DNA from: an uncultured Clostridia bacterium
GTDB taxonomy: Bacteria > Bacillota > Clostridia > Christensenellales > UBA1242
NCBI GenBank assembly: GCA_944350085.1
Contig: CALVNY010000013.1
Coordinates: forward strand, 2,812 to 66,811
Length of the DNA stretch: 64,000 nucleotides
Reading direction: 5' to 3'
The notes under the pieces are model-generated. The model was not told where the DNA came from. It made no database searches and worked only from the letters and a program-made list of their open reading frames with translations. Numbering within the stretch: the first letter of the stretch is position 1; each line of letters opens with the position of its first letter. Both the position numbers and the translations under genes were made by a program. Shown here piece by piece: positions 58,193-64,000 of the stretch.

Positions 58193-58615
58193 ATGGAAGG
58201 GATATTTACTCCAACTAAAGTGCAACAAATAAAAAAACATATTGACAAGTTTTTGGATAATGAATTATTAAACACTGGCATTTCAAGGCTAGAAGCAGTT
58301 TACATTGGTTGCCTTAAAGATAACAATGGAATAAGTTTAATTGAATTAACAAATCTTGTGCATTTTGATAAAGCAAACACAACCCGAGTTATTAGTGAAT
58401 TAGAATTAAAAGGGTTGGTAACAAGAAAAGTTAATGAAAAGGACACTAGGAAATATAAAATTTATTTAACCGAAAAAGCAAAAGAATTAGAAAAATTTAT
58501 TTTAAATAGTAAGTTAAAACTTAACAAAATTGCTTTTGAAGGCGTGTCAAATAAAGAAAAAGAAGTTTTTGAACAAACACTTGAAAAAATTATTGAAAAC
58601 TTAAATAATATTTAA
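58193..58615 (+). CDS. MarR-family transcriptional regulator
   Basis: Winged HTH: ISLIELTNLVHFDKANTTRVISELELKGLVTRK...DTRKYKIYLT. Confidence 0.8.
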   Translation: MEGIFTPTKVQQIKKHIDKFLDNELLNTGISRLEAVYIGCLKDNNGISLIELTNLVHFDKANTTRVISELELKGLVTRKVNEKDTRKYKIYLTEKAKELEKFILNSKLKLNKIAFEGVSNKEKEVFEQTLEKIIENLNNI

Positions 58616-58640
58616 TTGCAATTTCAATTTAATAAAAAAT

Positions 58641-58675
58641 AAAAGTCATAGATTTACTACGACTTTTATTTTTTC
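58641..58675. terminator. terminator between convergent genes
   Basis: AAAAGTC / GACTTTT stem with a 13-nt loop, followed by a T-run. Confidence 0.6.
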
Positions 58676-58720
58676 ATTAATTATATGTTTAACTAGTTTT
58701 TTTAAAGTTATTATACAAAA

Positions 58721-61654
58721 TTAATTATTTTCAGGCGTGTCATCATTTTGTTCAAATAAATTAACTGCTTGGTACTCATCACTATTTACTTCGTCTTCAT
58801 AAGGATCATATTTTTGATTGCTTATAGGCTTACTATTGTATTCGGCATCATCTTCTTCCTCTAGATAGTCTTCATAAGAATAGTTTTTAAGTTGATGTTT
58901 TGCTTTCATTGCATCTCTGTTGCTCTTTGCTTTTATTCTGCTTTTCTTAGAATATTCTTGTGCTTCTTCTTGTTCAATATCGCCTGCAACATTTTGATTT
59001 TTCAATTCTTTAATTGCTTTTCTAGAGCCATATTGGGAATTCTCTTCTTCCAATTTTCTATATTTGTTCTTATCATATTGATTTTTCTCGTGTCTATTTG
59101 CACTGTATTGTTCTGCAAAAATAACCTTTGCATTCTCTTGCATTTCTTGCATGTCTTTTACAAAACTTGTTTTAGTAAAGTCTTTAATCATATTTGTGCT
59201 TGCAAAACATTCTCTTGTAACTCTATTAGATTCAGCAATTTTAAATTCTATTTCATCACAAAGTGTAACCAACGCATTTCCACCAACTTTGTTTATGATG
59301 GCACTTCCAAATTGCGACAATCCAATATTTTTTGCATTTGCAATTTTGCTTCCTAAAACTTCGATTGCAGGAATTTGAACTCTAATGCCTTTTTCTTCGT
59401 TTTCAACAATAACCATTATATTTTCGATGCCAACATTTTTGCCTTCAACCAAATATTTAAAAGCACAAATTCTTCCTTTCATAACTTCATTAATATGATT
59501 TTCGCAATATATTGCAGAATTTAATTCATCAAATTCTCTTTCGGCAAGTGTGTTTTCATCTTCCATTTGGTTTGCCCAAATTGAAATTTCACGCACTGTG
59601 TCGGCAGGGATCATTTCTGTTCCGTTTAAAAAAGCTTTAATGTTGTAATGTGTAACATAGTCGGTAATTCTTCTAATTGGGCTAGTTGTGTGTGAATAAT
59701 GTTTGCTTTGTAATCCGTAATGGCTTATCATTTCATTTTCAGCATCTTTAATTTTGTCAATTAGTTTTTTCAATGCCAAGTTTTGTTTTGCTCTTGGTAA
59801 ATTTTTTAGTGATTTTGATGCGTTGTGACCATTGTTTGTTGCTTTCCTTTGAAGTTTTTGCCCTACAAATTCAACATCTCTTGGGTCTGGGGTTATGGAG
59901 TATTTTGCTTTGCTTTGCAAACGAACAAGGAAATTATTAACAACTTTTTCTTTACTTGTTCCTTTAACTTGTTGCAATAATTGCTTAATGTATGGAGCAC
60001 TCAAATCTCCTTCAAAAGGAATTTTTAAATAACTGAAAAATTCGTATGCTTGGTCTATTCTGTCTTCACTTGGTTCGTCATGAACTCTATAAATTATAGG
60101 AATGTTTCGTTCCATAGCAAATTTTGCTGAAGCTTCATTTGCAGTAACCATAAATGCTTCAATAACTTTGTGATATGCACAACTGTCTTGTGGAACAATG
60201 TCAATTATATTGCTGTAATCTTTTGAAAATACTACATCATATTCATTGTTTGTGTTAAATTCAATTTGGTTTCTAGATTTAAAGCCTTTCCATAAGGTGT
60301 CAGCTGCAAGTTTGTTTGCTACAACTTGTTCTTCTCTTGTTAATTCTTTTCCTTCACCAATTTTTGTAACAATGCTTTCCCTTGTAATTTCAGGGTGAGA
60401 ATCTGTAATTTCTTGTGCTTGTTCGTAACTAAATTTTTCTTTGCTTTCAATTACGGCTTCCATAAATGTACTTTCAATAGGCTCGCCTGTTTTAACATCT
60501 ATTACGCTTTTAACAACAAACGCAAGCCTATCAACATTAGGGTTAAGCGAACAAATGCCAGTTGAAAGTTCTGGTGGCAAAATGTTGTATGCTTTGTTTG
60601 GAGCATAAGTAGTAAAACCACCTTTTATGTATCTTCTGCCAATTTCACTGTTTAAGTCAACATATCTTGAAACATCGGCAACTGCAGTGTAAACAATCAA
60701 ATTTCCATTTTTGTCGTATGTGGAATATATTGCATCGTCCATGTCTTTACATGTTGCAGGGTCGGTTGTTGTAAAGTTCAATTTCCTTAAATCAACAATT
60801 TTTCTTGCACTTTTATTGTCAACTAATATTTTGCCATCTTCATCAACTAAATTAAATTCACTCAAATCAACAGAGGTTGGAATTTTTTCAATTTCTCTTA
60901 ATATTAGTTCATCACTCCACGACATATTAGCCCCATGGCTTTCAGCAATAACATCATACTCATGAATTGGGTTTCCTGCGTCGCCTTTAATTTCTTTAAT
61001 ATAACCCATATTAGGAGCGCCATCAGTTGAAGGGATTAATTCAAGTGTACAAATTTTATCTTGATATTTTGCCCAAGTTTTTCTGTCGTTTAAAATCATT
61101 ATATTATCTTTAAATCTTTTCTTATCGTTTGGGATAAAAACAAGATTATTTTGTTCGGACTTCATAACCCTACCATAAACTAGGTTAGGATTTTCACTAG
61201 TCATAAATGAAGTTTTTTTAGGGATTAGTTCGGTTTCTTCATTTCTAGCATAAGTTTTTTGTTTTGCCGCAACAATAAAAGGCATAGGTTGGTTTGAATT
61301 GTACATAGAAAATCCAACACTTACTCTGTCGCCAGAGTGTGCGTTTTGAGTTTCATTTCTATTAATTGCAAATTGTTTATTTCCATCATCTAAAACAACA
61401 TAACATTTGTTTCCAGATTGGAAAAATGTTCCAGTTTTTAAGTTGGATGGATTTGGAGCAACTGTCTTTCCTGTAACAACAATTCTGCCATCTTTTTTTA
61501 AATCTTCAATTGCAGTGTCAAATTTGTTGCCACTATCAATTATATGATTTTTAACAAGTCTTGTGCGCAACACAAAAAGATCCTCTTTTCCATAGTTTAC
61601 AATTGCTCTGTAAACTCTTTCACGGTTTCTAATTCTTTTATCATTATTCCCCAT
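58721..61654 (-). CDS. rnr: ribonuclease R (RNB-family 3'-5' exoribonuclease)
   Basis: RNB motifs DPATCKDMDDAIY and HYGL....YSHTTSPIRRITDY. An S1-like region and a long charged C-terminal tail. Confidence 0.88.
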   Translation of the reverse strand: MGNNDKRIRNRERVYRAIVNYGKEDLFVLRTRLVKNHIIDSGNKFDTAIEDLKKDGRIVVTGKTVAPNPSNLKTGTFFQSGNKCYVVLDDGNKQFAINRNETQNAHSGDRVSVGFSMYNSNQPMPFIVAAKQKTYARNEETELIPKKTSFMTSENPNLVYGRVMKSEQNNLVFIPNDKKRFKDNIMILNDRKTWAKYQDKICTLELIPSTDGAPNMGYIKEIKGDAGNPIHEYDVIAESHGANMSWSDELILREIEKIPTSVDLSEFNLVDEDGKILVDNKSARKIVDLRKLNFTTTDPATCKDMDDAIYSTYDKNGNLIVYTAVADVSRYVDLNSEIGRRYIKGGFTTYAPNKAYNILPPELSTGICSLNPNVDRLAFVVKSVIDVKTGEPIESTFMEAVIESKEKFSYEQAQEITDSHPEITRESIVTKIGEGKELTREEQVVANKLAADTLWKGFKSRNQIEFNTNNEYDVVFSKDYSNIIDIVPQDSCAYHKVIEAFMVTANEASAKFAMERNIPIIYRVHDEPSEDRIDQAYEFFSYLKIPFEGDLSAPYIKQLLQQVKGTSKEKVVNNFLVRLQSKAKYSITPDPRDVEFVGQKLQRKATNNGHNASKSLKNLPRAKQNLALKKLIDKIKDAENEMISHYGLQSKHYSHTTSPIRRITDYVTHYNIKAFLNGTEMIPADTVREISIWANQMEDENTLAEREFDELNSAIYCENHINEVMKGRICAFKYLVEGKNVGIENIMVIVENEEKGIRVQIPAIEVLGSKIANAKNIGLSQFGSAIINKVGGNALVTLCDEIEFKIAESNRVTRECFASTNMIKDFTKTSFVKDMQEMQENAKVIFAEQYSANRHEKNQYDKNKYRKLEEENSQYGSRKAIKELKNQNVAGDIEQEEAQEYSKKSRIKAKSNRDAMKAKHQLKNYSYEDYLEEEDDAEYNSKPISNQKYDPYEDEVNSDEYQAVNLFEQNDDTPENN

Positions 61655-62018
61655 AACACACCAACCTTATATTTAATTTTCAATTATATGATACCATATA
61701 AATCTTTAATTTTCAATAGGGTATTGTTTTAAAAAGTATAAAAAGGTTATTTATTACAAATAAAATTTTAAGAAATTCGTTAAAATGTACAAACTTCAAA
61801 TAATTGTTTATTTTTTCTTATTTTAATTTTGTAAATGTTTAAATAATAATGTATAATATTAAGCACGATTAATTTGCATTTTGCTATTATTAAATTTTAT
61901 AATCATCTGTGCAAAGTTTTAGATATTATAAATTAAATTATGGCAAAATATAAATATAGATATTATTAAATAGACAAATTTAATAAATAATTAAGCTAAG
62001 CAAGATAAGGAGGAATAT

Positions 62019-64000
62019 ATGAAATACAAATATAATGAAGATAAAAATATTAATGTTAGAGATTTTATTGTAAAAAACTATACACCATATAATGGTGATG
62101 AAAGTTTTCTTTGCGGACCAACAAAAAACACAACAAAACTTTGGGAAGAATTGGGCGAATTAATGAAAGAAGAGCGTGCTCGTGGTGGTGTTTATGATAT
62201 TGACACAAAAACTATTTCAACAATTACTTCTCATGCTCCGGGATATATAGACAAAAAATTAGAAAAAATCGTTGGGCTTCAAACTGATGCACCACTTAAA
62301 AGAGCAATAATGCCTTTTGGTGGAATTAGGTTAGTTTATAAAGAAATGGAAGAATACGGCAGAGAAATGGACAAAGATGTTGCCAATGTTTTTAAATATC
62401 GCAAAACGCACAACGATGGGGTTTTTGATGTTTATACTGAGGAAATGAGAACAGCAAGGCACACTCACATTATAACAGGGCTTCCAGATGCTTATGGCAG
62501 AGGAAGAATAATTGGCGATTATAGAAGAGTTCCTTTGTACGGAGTTGACTACTTAATTGAACAAAAAGCAAATAGTTTAAAAGAAACTGAAAATTTAACA
62601 TTTGATGAAGAATTAATTCGTGATAGGGAAGAAATTCAAGAGCAAATAAAAGCCTTAAAAGAATTAAAAGTTATGGCACAAAGTTATGGCTTTGACATTT
62701 CAAAACCAGCAAATGATGTTAAAGAAGCAATTCAATGGTTGTACTTTGCATATTTGTCTGCTGTTAAAGAACAAAATGGTGCTGCTATGAGTATTGGTAG
62801 AATTAGCACTTTCTTAGATATCTATGCAGAAAAGGATTTAAAATCAGGCAAATATAAAGAAAGTGAAATTCAAGAGTTTGTTGATCATTTTATTATGAAA
62901 TTAAGAATTGTAAGATTTTTAAGAACAGGTGAATACGACAAACTTTTCTCAGGCGATCCAACCTGGGTTACAGAATCTATTGGTGGTATGTGCAATGATG
63001 GAAGGCACATGGTAACAAAAATGAGTTATAGATTTTTGCACACACTAACAAATTTAGGCCCTGCACCAGAACCAAATATGACAATTTTGTGGAGCGAAAA
63101 TTTGCCAAGCAATTTCAAAAAATTCTGTGCAAAAACTTCAATTAAAACAAGTTCTATTCAATATGAAAATGATGACATAATGCGTCCAAAGTTTGGCGAT
63201 GACTATGGAATTGCTTGTTGTGTTTCAGCAATGAGAATTGGAAAACAAATGCAATTTTTTGGAGCAAGAGCAAACTTGGCAAAAGCATTGTTATATGCAA
63301 TAAATGGTGGTGTTGATGAAATTACAAAAACCAAAGTTGTAAACATAGTTGAACCAATTAAAAGTGAGTATTTAGATTATAAAGAAGTTGCAAAAAATTA
63401 TGATAAAGTGTTAGATTGGTTGGCTAATCTTTATGTTAACACATTAAACTGCATACATTTTATGCATGATAAATATTGTTATGAAAAAGTTGAAATGGCA
63501 TTGCACGACAACAAAATTGTTAGAACAATGGCTGGTGGAATTGCAGGGTTAAGCGTTGTTGTTGATAGTTTGTCGGCAATAAAATACGCAAAAGTTAAAC
63601 CAATTAGAGATGAAGATGGTGTTGTTGTTGATTTCCAAATTGAAGGCGACTATCCAAAATACGGAAACAATGATGATAGAGTTGATTCTATTGCTGTTAA
63701 TCTAGTTAAAACATTTATGAAAAAGTTGAGAAAACAAACAACTTACAGAAAAAGTATTCCAACACTTTCTGTATTAACAATAACAAGCAATGTTGTTTAT
63801 GGAAAACACACAGGATCTACTCCTGACGGTAGGAAAAAGGGTGAACCTTTTGCACCAGGAGCAAACCCAATGCATGGTAGGGATAGCCACGGCTGTATTG
63901 CATCATTAAAATCTGTTTCAAAATTGCCATACGATTACGCAGAAGATGGCATAAGCAACACATTTTCAATAGTGCCAACAGCACTTGGTAAAAATGATGA
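62019..64000 (+). CDS. pflB: formate C-acetyltransferase (pyruvate formate-lyase), 5' part, runs off the window
   Basis: [41 protein letters not shown]...TSHAPGYID...[23 protein letters not shown]. Open to base 64000, so it is absent from the ORF track. Confidence 0.9.
   Translation, partial: MKYKYNEDKNINVRDFIVKNYTPYNGDESFLCGPTKNTTKLWEELGELMKEERARGGVYDIDTKTISTITSHAPGYIDKKLEKIVGLQTDAPLKRAIMPFGGIRLVYKEMEEYGREMDKDVANVFKYRKTHNDGVFDVYTEEMRTARHTHIITGLPDAYGRGRIIGDYRRVPLYGVDYLIEQKANSLKETENLTFDEELIRDREEIQEQIKALKELKVMAQSYGFDISKPANDVKEAIQWLYFAYLSAVKEQNGAAMSIGRISTFLDIYAEKDLKSGKYKESEIQEFVDHFIMKLRIVRFLRTGEYDKLFSGDPTWVTESIGGMCNDGRHMVTKMSYRFLHTLTNLGPAPEPNMTILWSENLPSNFKKFCAKTSIKTSSIQYENDDIMRPKFGDDYGIACCVSAMRIGKQMQFFGARANLAKALLYAINGGVDEITKTKVVNIVEPIKSEYLDYKEVAKNYDKVLDWLANLYVNTLNCIHFMHDKYCYEKVEMALHDNKIVRTMAGGIAGLSVVVDSLSAIKYAKVKPIRDEDGVVVDFQIEGDYPKYGNNDDRVDSIAVNLVKTFMKKLRKQTTYRKSIPTLSVLTITSNVVYGKHTGSTPDGRKKGEPFAPGANPMHGRDSHGCIASLKSVSKLPYDYAEDGISNTFSIVPTALGKND

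Noticed and set aside
58721-59200. Charged, low-complexity C-terminal tail of RNase R as a separate feature
   Set aside because: RNase R proteins commonly carry long Lys/Glu-rich tails. Here the tail is continuous with the RNB/S1 body in one frame, so it is not a separate gene or a repeat element.
1-64000. Alternative genetic code (Mollicutes-type code 4, TGA read as Trp), given the very low GC
   Set aside because: TGA closes well-supported genes at the expected protein ends: the glycosylase at 13126-13128, the SbcD-like gene at 24419-24421, and dinB at 37221-37223. All long family-matching ORFs are intact under code 11.
1-64000. CRISPR arrays, IS elements, transposases, integrases, prophage blocks
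   Set aside because: No regularly spaced repeats were seen. No ORF carries DDE, tyrosine- or serine-recombinase or phage structural motifs. The only mobile-element-like signature is the tRNA-Arg 3' duplication, reported separately.

Overview
AT-rich (about 30% GC by eye) chromosomal segment of a Bacillota-type anaerobe. It uses the standard code: TGA serves as a stop at 13126-13128 and 24419-24421. Genes are densely packed, with strong AGGAG-type ribosome-binding sites (RBS) and many clean rho-independent terminators. I support about 55 protein genes, 2 tRNAs (Glu-CUC, Arg-ACG) and one 3' gene remnant. I saw no rRNA, CRISPR array, transposase or integrase. Most content is housekeeping or accessory metabolism:
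- Central functions: ruvX, gpmI, a two-gene SufC/SufB-like pair, phosphoketolase, the 5' part of pyruvate formate-lyase, and RNase R.
- An anaerobe oxidative-stress island: PerR-like regulator, rubrerythrin, hypoxanthine-DNA glycosylase, desulfoferrodoxin.
- Transport: ZIP, CorA and a P-type Ca-ATPase, plus five ABC exporter genes with a MarR regulator.
- DNA repair: an Mre11/Rad50-like pair and a LexA-boxed Y-family polymerase cassette.

Items most worth a second look:
1. A 105-bp, 63% GC, highly self-complementary insert, bracketed by a near-perfect 69-bp duplication of the tRNA-Arg 3' end plus its terminator (40310-40552).
2. A translationally coupled five-gene operon at 28245-32736: GT4 glycosyltransferase fused to a kinase-like domain, guanylate-kinase-like P-loop kinase, 71-aa protein, Nudix hydrolase, ATP-grasp ligase. 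I cannot assign it to a known pathway.
3. A guanylate kinase with a ParB/Srx-like C-terminal extension.
4. A cardiolipin-synthase-like protein whose two HKD lysines are both replaced.
5. Several orphan regulatory or RNA-like elements.

All functional calls come from motif recognition by eye. No database search was run.
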